Source: Lentihominibacter sp.
Lineage (GTDB): Bacteria; Bacillota; Clostridia; Peptostreptococcales; Anaerovoracaceae
NCBI GenBank assembly: GCA_050953465.1
Contig: JBMNMR010000001.1
Span: 221,976 to 285,975 of the forward strand
Direction: 5' to 3'
Length of the DNA: 64,000 nt
The position numbers and the translations under genes were made by a program. The notes beneath the pieces were generated by a model that did no database searches, was not told the origin of the DNA, and saw only the letters and a list, made by a program, of their open reading frames with translations. Positions 1 through 10,515 of this stretch are shown here, one piece after another (position 1 is the first letter of the stretch; each line of letters starts with the position of its first letter).

Positions 1-2952
1 CTTAACCTGCAGGATACCGTCACGAGGGGAGCCTATATGGCCGGACAGGAGAGCAATATCGGCAAGCAGTGTTGAGGCATCCGTGCTTATGAAGTTCTGA
101 TTGAACACAATCATAGCCTTCTTCGCACCGAGATACATTTCGGCGATTTCCGCAGCGTCTTCGCTTACCGTCACTCCTTCGAGAGATTTTGCAAATTCCT
201 TAAAACCTTCCAGATCGGCACCCTTGCCTGCATCGACAATAGCCTTTGCAACTTCCTTCAGGAAACTCAGGTCATCTGTGTAAACTTCCTTGACTGCTCC
301 GTGCAGGTGCTGAGGGAAGTCAGCAGGATTAATCAGAACCAGCCCGGCACCAGCTTCAACCGCCTGCTTCATCTTAATCTGAATAATAGGATTGTCAGGT
401 GTGTGATATCCCACCGCCAGAATGAAGTTTGTGCTGAGCAGTTCATCAATGGTATTAGGGGACGCATCGTGTCCTATAACACCCTTGAGACCGCTTGCTC
501 TGTTATTCATTGAAAAAATTCTGGCACCCATAGCTTCTGCCATGGTCTTTATGGCATAGACCTCTTCGTTTGTATATCTGTCTGAAACTGCAACGCCAAT
601 AGCATTTCTGTCATATCTGGCAGCCGCAGCCTGCATCTTTTTGGCAATCAAAGTCAGTGCTTCGTGATAGTCTGCTTCTCTGAATGAGTCACCTTCTTTA
701 ATGAGAGGGACATCCAGCTTGTCTTCAAGCATGGAGCAGTCAAATCCCCACTTGCCCTTGCCGCATGCCAGACCTGCATTTACAGTGCCTTCCTCGATCG
801 GATTGGCCTTAATCAGCATGTCACCGCAGGATTCAAGCCTCAGAGAACAGCCTATGGAACAGTAAGAACAGGTCGTATCGGTTTCCACTGTTGATAACGG
901 AACTTCCTTAACCATGGTTGTCTTTTCCTGCAGTGCTCCTGTAGGACAAACTGTTACGCACTGTCCGCAGGATACACAGCCGGAGCCTGCCAGAGGCTTT
1001 TCCAGATTAGGCATGACAACAGTATCGAAACCTCTCTGTACCAGACCGAGAGCACCTATTCCCATAACCTCATCACATACTCTTACGCACAGTCCGCACA
1101 GAATACACTTGTTGGGGTCTCTGTGGATAAACGGATGGTCATCCTCGAAATCAACATCGTTCTTGTCACCTGCAAATCTGGATGGTTCAACATCATACTG
1201 ATGAGCCAGATCAATGAGCTTACACTCAAAGTAGTCGTGACATCCGCATTCCAGACATCTGTGCGCCTCCTCTTCAGCCTCTTCTGCAGTATAGCCGTCA
1301 GGAATAATTTCGCTGAAGTTGTCTTTTCTTTCTTCCGGCGACAGCTGAGGCATCTCCGGTCTGCACATTCTTTCTCTGTCTTCAAAGGTTTTTTCTGTAA
1401 TGTCATCCCTTTCAACAAAGTATGGTTCTTCGTATCTGATAGTCTCTCCGTCCAGATATGCATCGATTATTTCGGAAACCTTCTTTGCATCTGCAATAGC
1501 TTCGACAGCAATTCCTATCTGGTCATTACCGCAGTCTCCGCCGGCAAAAACGCCCGGAATTGAGGTCATGAATGTTTCCTTGTCATAAGCGATAGCACCC
1601 TTTTTGGTCTTGCCGCAATCAAATATGCTCGCATCCACAGCCTGTCCGATAGCCAGAATCATGTTATCCAGAGGAATCGTCTCTGTCTTCCCTTCAATAG
1701 GAACAGGTCTCCTTCTTCCGGATTCATCGGGTTCACCCAGTTCCATACACTGGAGAATAACTTCCTTGATGTGTCCGTTTTCATCCTTGATTATTTCCAG
1801 AGGATTGGTCAGATTCTTAAAGATTACGCCTTCTTCTTCGCCTTCTTCAATTTCAACCAGGTCCGCCGGCATCTCATCCTTGGTTCTTCTGTAAATGTTG
1901 TAGACTTCCTTGGCACCAAGTCTTACCGCTGTTCTGCAGGCGTCCATAGCGGTATTTCCGCCGCCGACAATAGCAACCCTTTCGCCGAGTTCTATGTCTT
2001 CGTTTCTTACTACCTTTCTCAGAAAGTCGATACCGCCGATAATGCCGGCAGCATCTTCACCGGGGCATCCGACACCTGTTGAAATCCATGCGCCTATGCC
2101 GAGAAGTACTGCATCGAACTCCTCCTGAACGGTTTCAAACGGAATGTCAGCTCCGATTTTTGTATCACAGATTATTTCTACTCCCATCATTTCGATGGTG
2201 GAAATTTCGTCGTCCAGGACAGCCTTTGGCAGTCTGTATTCAGGAATTCCGTATCTGAGCATGCCTCCTGCTTTAGGCATGGATTCAAATACTGTAATCT
2301 CATGACCCATCTGTCTGAGGAAGTAAGCCGCGGACAGACCCATAGGGCCGCCGCCTATTATTGCTACTCTCTTACCTGTATCAGGCTCGCATTCAGGAAT
2401 GAATCTTTCAACATCACCAAGATCCTCGTCAGCCGCAAATCTCTTCAGCCACTGAATGGAAATCGGTTCATCAATGAGCTTTCTTCTGCATTCAACTTCA
2501 CATGGATGAGGACAAACTCTGCCCAGAGAAGCAGGAAGAGGAATTTTGTCCTTTACCAATTCCAATGCCGCTTCATATTCACCGTTGGCTATAAGACCCA
2601 CATAACCCTGGCAATCGGTATGAGCCGGGCATGCCAGTACACATGGAGGTCTGCAGTCACCTGTGTGGTTTGACAGCAGCAGTTCCAGGTTTGTCTTTCT
2701 GGACTCAATAACTCTTTCGGTATTTGTTCTTATCACCATGCCCGGTGCAACCTCTGTTGCACAAGCCTTCCAAAGTTTAGGATTCCCTTCAATCTCGCAC
2801 ACACAAATGCCGCAGGAACCGTATATTCTGGTTCTCTCATCATAGCAGAGAGTCGGGATGAAAATGTCATTTTCTCTTGCGACTTCCAGGATTGTCTGGC
2901 CGCGAACGGCTGTTACTTCTTTGTCGTTAATGTTTAATCTAAGTTTTTCCAT
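1..2952 (-). CDS. StnC/BfuA-like fusion oxidoreductase: N-terminal [2Fe-2S], GltD/NfnB-like FAD/NADPH domain, NuoG-like 4Fe-4S region and degenerate molybdopterin-oxidoreductase domain; truncated at the window edge
   Basis: Hand translation from ATG 2952 (SD AGGAGG) is open to position 1 (984 codons). Motifs: TLCY..GSCGICVC..KAC; HTGDCRPPCVLACP; RVCPHPCEVEC; IIGGGPMG; GGMLRYGIPEYRLP; VGGGNTAMDA; YRR (NADPH-type); RCLECGC..C; CILCGLCVRVC; CVSCGQCVTVCP; TCSYCSIGC..ACGKG. Missing from the track because its stop lies outside the window. Confidence 0.9.
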   Translation of the reverse strand, partial: MEKLRLNINDKEVTAVRGQTILEVARENDIFIPTLCYDERTRIYGSCGICVCEIEGNPKLWKACATEVAPGMVIRTNTERVIESRKTNLELLLSNHTGDCRPPCVLACPAHTDCQGYVGLIANGEYEAALELVKDKIPLPASLGRVCPHPCEVECRRKLIDEPISIQWLKRFAADEDLGDVERFIPECEPDTGKRVAIIGGGPMGLSAAYFLRQMGHEITVFESMPKAGGMLRYGIPEYRLPKAVLDDEISTIEMMGVEIICDTKIGADIPFETVQEEFDAVLLGIGAWISTGVGCPGEDAAGIIGGIDFLRKVVRNEDIELGERVAIVGGGNTAMDACRTAVRLGAKEVYNIYRRTKDEMPADLVEIEEGEEEGVIFKNLTNPLEIIKDENGHIKEVILQCMELGEPDESGRRRPVPIEGKTETIPLDNMILAIGQAVDASIFDCGKTKKGAIAYDKETFMTSIPGVFAGGDCGNDQIGIAVEAIADAKKVSEIIDAYLDGETIRYEEPYFVERDDITEKTFEDRERMCRPEMPQLSPEERKDNFSEIIPDGYTAEEAEEEAHRCLECGCHDYFECKLIDLAHQYDVEPSRFAGDKNDVDFEDDHPFIHRDPNKCILCGLCVRVCDEVMGIGALGLVQRGFDTVVMPNLEKPLAGSGCVSCGQCVTVCPTGALQEKTTMVKEVPLSTVETDTTCSYCSIGCSLRLESCGDMLIKANPIEEGTVNAGLACGKGKWGFDCSMLEDKLDVPLIKEGDSFREADYHEALTLIAKKMQAAAARYDRNAIGVAVSDRYTNEEVYAIKTMAEAMGARIFSMNNRASGLKGVIGHDASPNTIDELLSTNFILAVGYHTPDNPIIQIKMKQAVEAGAGLVLINPADFPQHLHGAVKEVYTDDLSFLKEVAKAIVDAGKGADLEGFKEFAKSLEGVTVSEDAAEIAEMYLGAKKAMIVFNQNFISTDASTLLADIALLSGHIGSPRDGILQVK

Positions 2953-2968
2953 TTTACTACCTCCTCTC

Positions 2969-4717
2969 CTATTCCTTGATGATCGCACCGAACTTGCAGG
3001 TATCTATGCACTTGCCGCATTTGATGCACTTTTCGTTGTCGATAACATGCAGTTCCTTAACATCTCCCGTTATGGCATCAACAGGGCATACTTTCTTGCA
3101 AAGTGTACATCCCTTACATGCATCTGTTATCTTGTAGTCAATCAGTGCCTTGCAGGAGCCTGCTGTACACTTCTTTTTATAAATATGGTCTTCATACTCG
3201 TTTCTGAAGTATCTGATGGTTGTCAGCACAGGGTTTGGAGCCGTCTGTCCGAGACCGCACATAGAACCGTCCTTGATTTTAATTGCCAGTTCTTCCAGCT
3301 TTTCAATATCGCCGTCTTCACCTTTTCCTTCGGTTATTCTCTCAAGAATCTCCAGCATTCTCTTTGTTCCGATTCTGCAATAGTTGCACTTACCGCAGGA
3401 TTCGTCACGTGTGAAGTTAAGGAAGTATCTGGCCATATCCACCATACAGGTATCTTCATCCATTACGATCATACCGCCGGAACCTACAATCGCTCCCGTC
3501 TTATTGATATCTTCGTAAGTAACCTTCGTGTCGACCAGGCTTGCCGGGATACATCCGCCGGAAGGTCCGCCCATCTGTACTGCCTTGAATTCTCTGTCGT
3601 TCTTAATACCGCCGCCTATATCGAAAATAACTTCGCCTATTGTCATACCCATAGGAACCTCAACCAGTCCGCCCTTTTTTATCTTTCCGGCCAGTGCGAA
3701 TACTTTGGTGCCCGGTGACTTCTCGGTTCCGAACTTTGCAAAAGCCTTGCCACCGTTGTATATAATCCAGGGCACGTTTGCAAAGGTTTCAACGTTGTTT
3801 ATATTTGTAGGCTTCTGCCAGTATCCCTTGGTTGCAGGGAAAGGAGGCTTAAGTCTAGGCATGCCTCTTTCTCCTTCCAGAGACGCTATAAGTCCGGTTT
3901 CTTCTCCGCACACAAATGCACCTGCCCCGGCCTTGATTCTTATGTCAAAATCAAAACCGCTTCCGAATATATTCTTTCCGAGAAATCCCTTATCCCTTGC
4001 CTGGTCCATGGCAATTTCCAGCCTCTTGATTGCCAGAGGATATTCGGCCCTGCAGTAAATAATGCCTTCACATGCGCCCATGGCATATCCGGCTATAATC
4101 ATGCCTTCCAGCAATGCGTGAGGGTCACCCTCCAGAATGGATCTGTCCATGAATGCACCCGGGTCACCTTCGTCAGCGTTACATACCAGATACTTCTCTG
4201 TTCCCGGAGCTTCCTTGGCTGCATTCCACTTGAACCATGTCGGGAAGCCTGCACCGCCCCTTCCTCTCAAACCTGAAATCTTTATTTCTTCAATAACCTC
4301 TTCAGGTTTCATTTCCTTTAATGCTTTTTCGATTGCTTTATAACCGTTGACTGCAACATAATCATCAATCTCTTCCGGATTGATGACTCCACAGTTTACC
4401 AGTACAATTCTCTCCTGCTTGTCCACAAACAGGCGATCCTCGTCAATGATGCACTGCTCTGTCCTGCAATTACCACATGCCAGATGGTCTTCAACAATCT
4501 TTTCCACCTTATCCGGCTGAACCTTGACATATCTGGTCAGTGCGCCGCAATCGTCATAGATATCAACGATAGGTTCCAGGTAGCAGGTTCCCACACATCC
4601 GGTTACGGAAACAGGAATGTCCAGACCTCTGGCTGCAATCTGCTTCTCGAATTCAGCTGCAGTCTTTCTGGCTCCGGTGGCAACACCACAGCTACCCTGT
4701 CCAATTACAACTTTCAT
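2969..4717 (-). CDS. nuoF: NuoF/HydB-like FMN/NADH subunit (StnB/BfuB-like) with N-terminal thioredoxin-like 2Fe-2S domain and C-terminal 2x[4Fe-4S]
   Basis: SGLRGRGGAGFPT, NADEGDPGAFMDR, YICGEET-like FVCGEETGL, GGPSGGCIP, ESCGKCNYCRIG..CGLG, C-terminal CKGCTLCKKVCP and CIKCGKCIDTC. Symbol is family-level; this is not complex I. Confidence 0.93.
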   Translation of the reverse strand: MKVVIGQGSCGVATGARKTAAEFEKQIAARGLDIPVSVTGCVGTCYLEPIVDIYDDCGALTRYVKVQPDKVEKIVEDHLACGNCRTEQCIIDEDRLFVDKQERIVLVNCGVINPEEIDDYVAVNGYKAIEKALKEMKPEEVIEEIKISGLRGRGGAGFPTWFKWNAAKEAPGTEKYLVCNADEGDPGAFMDRSILEGDPHALLEGMIIAGYAMGACEGIIYCRAEYPLAIKRLEIAMDQARDKGFLGKNIFGSGFDFDIRIKAGAGAFVCGEETGLIASLEGERGMPRLKPPFPATKGYWQKPTNINNVETFANVPWIIYNGGKAFAKFGTEKSPGTKVFALAGKIKKGGLVEVPMGMTIGEVIFDIGGGIKNDREFKAVQMGGPSGGCIPASLVDTKVTYEDINKTGAIVGSGGMIVMDEDTCMVDMARYFLNFTRDESCGKCNYCRIGTKRMLEILERITEGKGEDGDIEKLEELAIKIKDGSMCGLGQTAPNPVLTTIRYFRNEYEDHIYKKKCTAGSCKALIDYKITDACKGCTLCKKVCPVDAITGDVKELHVIDNEKCIKCGKCIDTCKFGAIIKE

Positions 4718-4729
4718 GCTGTTACCTCC

Positions 4730-5248
4730 TTATGCGTTTGCTCTTATCTCATCAAGAACCTGCTTAACAGAATCCTTGGTCAGATTACCATATGTTTCAT
4801 CACTATCCACACTTTTAACCATCATTACAGGTGCAAGCGAGCAGCAGCCAAGACATGCCACATTGTTCAGTGTAAACAGTCCATCCTTTGTTGTCTCGCC
4901 ATCCTGAATTTCCAGGTGTTCACAGATAGCTTCTTCGATAACGTCAGCTCCGTTTACATGGCATGCTGTACCTTTGCACAACATTACAAGATACTTGCCG
5001 ATTGGCTGGAGCCTGAACTGTGCATAGAAAGTTGCAACTCCATAAATTTTTGCCGGCTTGATACCCGTACACTCGGAAATGTAATTAATTGCGTCTACCG
5101 AAAGGTAGCCATAGATCTCCTGAGCCTTCTGCAGAATGGTAATCAGACTGCCGGGCACTTTAGCATACTGTTCCAAGGTTGGTGCCAGTTCAGTAAACTG
5201 AGCGGCTCTTCCCTCAGTACAACCGCAGCTACAAGCTTTTTCACTCAT
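4730..5248 (-). CDS. nuoE: NuoE/HydC-like [2Fe-2S] subunit (StnA/BfuC-like)
   Basis: CKGTACHVNG and VACLGCCSLAP motifs; GVATFY; SD AGGAGG. Symbol is family-level. Confidence 0.93.
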   Translation of the reverse strand: MSEKACSCGCTEGRAAQFTELAPTLEQYAKVPGSLITILQKAQEIYGYLSVDAINYISECTGIKPAKIYGVATFYAQFRLQPIGKYLVMLCKGTACHVNGADVIEEAICEHLEIQDGETTKDGLFTLNNVACLGCCSLAPVMMVKSVDSDETYGNLTKDSVKQVLDEIRANA

Positions 5249-5380
5249 GTTAATGATCCTCCTGTCTCTTATATTAGTTTCTAATACAACATAACGATTT
5301 TAGCATTCTATATTCGTGTATACAATATTCAGATTCAATGTTCTTTGTTCTTTTTTTAAACCAAAGTAAAACCTCACATC

Positions 5381-5409
5381 ATTGTACCAACTTTAATACA
5401 AAATGTCTA
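5381..5409 (-). promoter_or_regulatory. Putative sigmaA promoter of the stn-like operon
   Basis: Minus strand TAGACA-17 bp-TACAAT with extended TG. The palindrome ATGTATACAT (5409-5418) abuts the -35. Confidence 0.55.
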
Positions 5410-5467
5410 TGTATACATGAACTTTATCTGCAATCATAAAGTCGTTATAATATTGAAATTTCAATGA

Positions 5468-6367
5468 TTATCCTCTCTTCTCCCTGATAAGTTTCTTCAA
5501 ATCGGTTTCCATAATAAGAATGCCTGTAAGCATCAGGGCCATACCCACATATCCTCGTGGAAGAAGTCTTTCCCCCGCGAAGAAAAATGCCACAGTGGCT
5601 GCAAGCACCGGCTCCAGCGAAAAAATTATCCCCACATGAGTTGCCGATGTGTGCTGCTGAGCCACCGCCTGTATAATAAATGTAGCCCCTGTGCAAAACA
5701 CGGAAAGGAATATGGCATAAACCCAGCATACGGGAGTCTGCGGCAACGTTGGTGTCTCAAATACAATTGCCAGAATCAGCATAGATATTCCTGTAAAGCC
5801 CAGCTGAAATACTCCCAGCTGAAAAGCATTGACATCGTCCCTTTTGACTGCCGTTTCCGTTATGAGCAGATCTACCGCATAGATGAATCCGCAAAATAAG
5901 CACAACAGGTCGCCAATAGCGATTTTCATGTTTGCATCCAGACTCATAAGTGCGATTCCAATGATGCAAAGCACAGCAACAAATGCCAGCTTCTTTCCCG
6001 GCACCACCTTCTTGACGATGAATGCCAGAATGGGTGTAAAAACAACTGTTGTGGCACAGAAAAAACCTGCATTGGACTGGGTTGTATACTTTATTCCGTA
6101 TGTAACACTGAGATAAGTGAGTACCAGTGCTATTGATACAAGAAATGCAAATTTCAATGTCTGTCTGTTAACCGTCTTTATTCTGTTGAAAGCCAGCAAT
6201 ATGACCACCCCGAACGCTCCCAGAAATCTGAAGGCATTCAGCGATAAAGGATCCATTTCTTCCAGACAGGCATCCATCATAAAGTAAGACACTCCCCAGA
6301 ATGTGGTTACCATGAGAAGCATCATGTCCGCTCTGAACTGCTTGCTTTTTACTTCTTTTTTATTCAT
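5468..6367 (-). CDS. DMT/EamA family transporter
   Basis: 299 aa, about 10 TM segments in two EamA-like repeats; FWGVSY, SLEPVLA motifs. Confidence 0.9.
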   Translation of the reverse strand: MNKKEVKSKQFRADMMLLMVTTFWGVSYFMMDACLEEMDPLSLNAFRFLGAFGVVILLAFNRIKTVNRQTLKFAFLVSIALVLTYLSVTYGIKYTTQSNAGFFCATTVVFTPILAFIVKKVVPGKKLAFVAVLCIIGIALMSLDANMKIAIGDLLCLFCGFIYAVDLLITETAVKRDDVNAFQLGVFQLGFTGISMLILAIVFETPTLPQTPVCWVYAIFLSVFCTGATFIIQAVAQQHTSATHVGIIFSLEPVLAATVAFFFAGERLLPRGYVGMALMLTGILIMETDLKKLIREKRG

Positions 6368-6373
6368 AATCCT

Positions 6374-7474
6374 CTATATCTGTGCTATAAAATATTCCAG
6401 CGCAAGCGGCCCGGGCATAATGCCCGTTTTAATGTTTTCCTCAACATCGTATGCAGAAGACAGTATCCTTCCCAGATCCCTGCAGCTGAATCGGTTTCCT
6501 GCTTCAAGAGCTTTCCTTGTGCGAAATTCGTGAACCTTATCCGATCTCTTCAGAGCTGCCTGTATCTCCTTCAGACTCAAGCCGCTTTCCTTCATTTCGC
6601 GGGCTTCAAGCATAATCTCCAGCTGTCCGGTAATAATCCCAAGCAACTGAAACTCGCTGGTGCCGTTCACTAAAAGATTATGCAGGAGTCTGAAAGCTTC
6701 GTCTTTTCTGTTTCTCCCGACAGCATCAATCATGGCAAATACATTATTTTCAGGACTAACTGTAATCACCTGAATCACATCTTCAGACATGATTTCCGTG
6801 CCTTCTCCGCAGTGAGCAATAATCTTCTTCAGATCATTTTCCAGGTTGTACAGATCGTAATCAATGCCTTTGCTGCCGTAACCCGTTTCTCTGGCAATAA
6901 TTCCGGGAATACCCGGAGCGAAGGTTTTGCCGGCAGACCTGAATCTTTTCTCAATAAAGCTTCTTACCTGACCGCTATTCAGCGAATTGAAATCATAGAC
7001 AGCACCCACCTGCCCTATGGATTTACTCAGGGCACTCCTCATAATGTTCGCATGGTCTCTGTCATCATTCTGCCTTGCATATGTGATAAGGAGCAGAATT
7101 CCTTCACGGCCCTTGTTGAGATTTTGCTCTATATATTCCACGAGGGTTCGGACTTCAGACTCTTTCTTATCAAAAGCCTCCGGCATCCTGCCTTTATCAT
7201 CAAAAAAGTCCTGAAGCCAGACCACCTTTCTTTCCGACATGAGACTCACAGTTTCCAGCGCCTCTATTATTGCCTGAGCCGTTACGTTGTCTCTGTCCGG
7301 TTTAACCAGGTCAAGGCTGGCGGAGGCTTCACTGATAAATTTGCGGATGAGCACCTGTGAGTAAAAGTCCACCAGATACTCCTCTCTCCCCGCAAACAAA
7401 ACTACGCCGGGAATATTCCCGGCTTTTATATCGCTTTCTATTCGAATAAATGCATGTTTTTCAATGTGCCGCAT
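6374..7474 (-). CDS. holA: DNA polymerase III subunit delta
   Basis: GREEYLV N-terminus, LENDLKK, NNVFAMIDAV, C-terminal IKTG..ALEYFI; usual position near comEC. Confidence 0.88.
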   Translation of the reverse strand: MRHIEKHAFIRIESDIKAGNIPGVVLFAGREEYLVDFYSQVLIRKFISEASASLDLVKPDRDNVTAQAIIEALETVSLMSERKVVWLQDFFDDKGRMPEAFDKKESEVRTLVEYIEQNLNKGREGILLLITYARQNDDRDHANIMRSALSKSIGQVGAVYDFNSLNSGQVRSFIEKRFRSAGKTFAPGIPGIIARETGYGSKGIDYDLYNLENDLKKIIAHCGEGTEIMSEDVIQVITVSPENNVFAMIDAVGRNRKDEAFRLLHNLLVNGTSEFQLLGIITGQLEIMLEAREMKESGLSLKEIQAALKRSDKVHEFRTRKALEAGNRFSCRDLGRILSSAYDVEENIKTGIMPGPLALEYFIAQI

Positions 7475-7590
7475 GACCCCTCTAATCCGGAATCTTCACT
7501 ATCATAAACTTCTATAAGTATAGAATAATTATATTATTATATGGCAGTTTTTTCAAGGCGAAATGCTTTCATGAATATTGACTGTAATTA

Positions 7591-8214
7591 CTAAAGCAGC
7601 CCCGGCCATGCAAGCTGAATAAAGTTCAACACCAGTTTGAGGCCATAGAAGATAATAATACATCCGCAGATTATGTTGATGGCTCGAACGACCTTGTTGC
7701 TGATTTTTTCGGAAAGCAGACTCACTACAGACGACATGCCGAACCACCATATCAATGACGCGAAACAAACACCGGCGATGAACAGCATGCCTGCACTTCC
7801 CGGAAGAGAGGCACGGAATGCTCCAAGAAGCATTGTTCCGTCAATAAGCGCCTGCGGGTTAAACCAGGTTACTATCATAGCCTGCCAGATAATCTTAGGA
7901 ATTGAAAGATTGGTATCCGTATCCGTGTCAAGACTGCCACTTGAACGGATAAGACTTATGCCTATCCAGATTACGACCAGAGATCCGATACCCAGTATTA
8001 CAAGCTGCAGCCATGTAAGCGCACTTATAAGTACCCCGACAGCAAAGAAACAGGCAAATGCAAGTGTTATGTCATAAAAAGCCACGATACCGGCTGTTGC
8101 CAGTACCCGGCGCCGTCTCTGTGTCAGTGCTGTATTGATAACAAAAAGATTCTGCGTGCCAATGGGTGCCACATATGCAAAACCAAGAATCAGCCCCTGT
8201 ATTAAATACTGCAT
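7591..8214 (-). CDS. LysE/ArgO family amino-acid exporter
   Basis: GFAYVAPIGTQNLFVI and VTWFNPQALIDG motifs; hydrophobic, 207 aa. Confidence 0.88.
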   Translation of the reverse strand: MQYLIQGLILGFAYVAPIGTQNLFVINTALTQRRRRVLATAGIVAFYDITLAFACFFAVGVLISALTWLQLVILGIGSLVVIWIGISLIRSSGSLDTDTDTNLSIPKIIWQAMIVTWFNPQALIDGTMLLGAFRASLPGSAGMLFIAGVCFASLIWWFGMSSVVSLLSEKISNKVVRAINIICGCIIIFYGLKLVLNFIQLAWPGLL

Positions 8215-8235
8215 GCATCCTCCACCTTTCTTTTT

Positions 8236-10458
8236 TTATTGAGTGTAATTATAGTCCCGCTCACGGATGTTGTCTACTGCTGTACAATTTTTATTAACTT
8301 CTCCATCGGCAATCTCAATTCCTACAGCTCCATGAAGATCGTTGCGATATACAGGTATTTTACGCTCCGACAGCTTGTTCAAAACCTCCGGTGTCGGATG
8401 TCCGAAGCTGTTCTTTCCCACCTGTATTACAGCCATTCCCGGAGAGACACGGTCAAGGAATTCATCGGATGAACTATACCTGGAGCCGTGATGCCCCACT
8501 TTCAGAATATCGGATTGTATACCATTCCCGTATTTCTCACAAAGCACCTTCTCACCTTCCTCCCCCATATCACCGGTAGTCAGCAATGTCAGGCCTTCAT
8601 AATTTATGCGAAATACCAGAGACGATTCATTTTCATCTTCTTCCTCCTTCTGCATTGCGGTATATTCCGCCTCCGTCTTTCGTTCGGGCCAAAGTACATC
8701 TATTTGCACTTTTTGTCCCGGTTCAGCCCTGTCTCCCGCATGAAGATATACTATATCATCCCGGGTCAGACCGGTTTCTTCAATTATTTCATCCTCTTTC
8801 AGCCTGTTGCAATCATATACATAAATCTTTTTTATCATCCCCTCCTGAGCCAGTTCACATATGCCGCGATAGTGATCTGTATGCAGATGGGTCACAAATG
8901 CTCCGTCAATACTTTTCACACCGTTCTTCAGCAGATACGGGCGCAAAACCTTCTTCCCCACGTTGTAATTTTCGCTGCCTCCCCCATCTATCAGGTAATT
9001 TCTTTCTTTTGAAAAGATTTCGTCATCAACCCGTATGTGAATACAATCACCCTGCCCCACATCCACAAAGACGATCTCGCATCTGCTTAACCCATCGTCT
9101 GTGACAACATGAATGGCAAAGGATATGACCACAATAACAACAAAGGTTTTTGCAATGTATGCTGTCCTGTCTTTCAGACAGCTCCCGGCACGAATTATTC
9201 TCAGTCTGCCTTCTTCTGAAAATAAAGTTAAAAGACTGAGGTAATAGGCCGCCATAAGTAATATGCTCGGACTTGTAACAGAAAATGTGGTCAGACCCTG
9301 AATTTCCAGAATTTCATTGAGCATTTGAAGAGAATTACACAGCCCTTGGAGAATCCACGAGAGAGGCTCACATCCCAGCACCATACTTACCAGACCCAGC
9401 GGTACAATCAGCCCTGCCAGTGAAATGACCGGCACATTTATCAGTACAGCTATCAGTGACAGATAATTGAAATTGAAAAGTATGTACGGACAAAGTCCAA
9501 CCTGGATGGCCAGACCGGACAAAAACACCCCTTGATAAAATGAACGAAAGTAGGGTGTAATTAATGCCATTGTCAGTATGGCCAGAAAGCTCATCTGAAA
9601 CCCCGCATTGAAAAGCATAAAGGGATTAAAAGCCAGAATAACTGTCATCACCAGAAATGCTGCAGAGGGCATATCATATCTGCGCCCTGTCATTTTAGCG
9701 AATGTATGCAAGAACACCATAAGTACAGCCCTTACCACCGATGGGGAGAATGAAGCAAGAATAGCATAGCAGCCGAAAAAGACAGATAGAAATGCGAAAA
9801 ATACTTTGCCTCTGCGCCATGGCCAGAGTTTGAGGATAAATCCATAGATAATTCCGATGTGCAGCCCGCTTACTGCCAGAATGTGAGCCGTTCCGTTTTT
9901 CTGAAACGTTTCCAGCACTTCCTCATCCAGCATGCCTTTATCTCCAAACAGTATAGCTCTCATCATGGCTGCGGTTTCAGCTCCTGCTTCATCCTCCAGT
10001 CTATCGAGAAACCTTTCTCTCTTTATGTATAGAACTCCCGAAAGCGTCTTCTCTCCCCTGATAATATCAAGACTCGTCACCGTCATTGTGTACCTGATTC
10101 CAAGGGATTTGAGGTATAAGGCGTAATCAAAACACCCGGGATTACGTCTGCCCGGAGGACTTTGCAATATCCCGCTGACCTTAATTTCATTTCCCGGGAT
10201 TCCGTATTTACAGGCTGTCTCCACATTGGCATCGTAACATTTCAGCAGAATACGGGTATCTCCCGTCTCCAGAATAAGCTGAATACTCTCCTCACCGGTC
10301 GCATTCCTTTTTATGTCAGCATCCTTAACAGTGCCGGTAATTGTTCTGCTCTCCTCAACCGGAGGTTCCGTATCCTGCCCAATCCCCAGGCAGTAATATC
10401 CAATAAAAATAACCGCAGCAAAAACCACGGCAACATACATCATCGGTCTGCGCGGCAT
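8236..10458 (-). CDS. comEC: ComEC/Rec2 DNA internalization competence protein
   Basis: RNPGCFDY, HILAVSGLHIG, GFQMSF; C-terminal metallo-beta-lactamase domain (DVGQGD, THLHTDH, KVGHHGS, NSFGHP). Confidence 0.95.
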   Translation of the reverse strand: MPRRPMMYVAVVFAAVIFIGYYCLGIGQDTEPPVEESRTITGTVKDADIKRNATGEESIQLILETGDTRILLKCYDANVETACKYGIPGNEIKVSGILQSPPGRRNPGCFDYALYLKSLGIRYTMTVTSLDIIRGEKTLSGVLYIKRERFLDRLEDEAGAETAAMMRAILFGDKGMLDEEVLETFQKNGTAHILAVSGLHIGIIYGFILKLWPWRRGKVFFAFLSVFFGCYAILASFSPSVVRAVLMVFLHTFAKMTGRRYDMPSAAFLVMTVILAFNPFMLFNAGFQMSFLAILTMALITPYFRSFYQGVFLSGLAIQVGLCPYILFNFNYLSLIAVLINVPVISLAGLIVPLGLVSMVLGCEPLSWILQGLCNSLQMLNEILEIQGLTTFSVTSPSILLMAAYYLSLLTLFSEEGRLRIIRAGSCLKDRTAYIAKTFVVIVVISFAIHVVTDDGLSRCEIVFVDVGQGDCIHIRVDDEIFSKERNYLIDGGGSENYNVGKKVLRPYLLKNGVKSIDGAFVTHLHTDHYRGICELAQEGMIKKIYVYDCNRLKEDEIIEETGLTRDDIVYLHAGDRAEPGQKVQIDVLWPERKTEAEYTAMQKEEEDENESSLVFRINYEGLTLLTTGDMGEEGEKVLCEKYGNGIQSDILKVGHHGSRYSSSDEFLDRVSPGMAVIQVGKNSFGHPTPEVLNKLSERKIPVYRNDLHGAVGIEIADGEVNKNCTAVDNIRERDYNYTQ

Positions 10459-10515
10459 TCCCCGTTCTCCTTATTACCCTCCCCTGTTATTTAGTTTTCC
10501 TTTATTTGATTCCAT

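Noticed and set aside
1-2952. Formate dehydrogenase alpha subunit or selenoprotein
   Set aside because: No Cys/Sec-His metal-ligand motif in the pterin-family domain and no in-frame TGA in 984 codons.
2969-5248. Respiratory complex I or [FeFe]-hydrogenase operon
   Set aside because: No membrane nuo genes, and no H-cluster motifs in the partner subunit.
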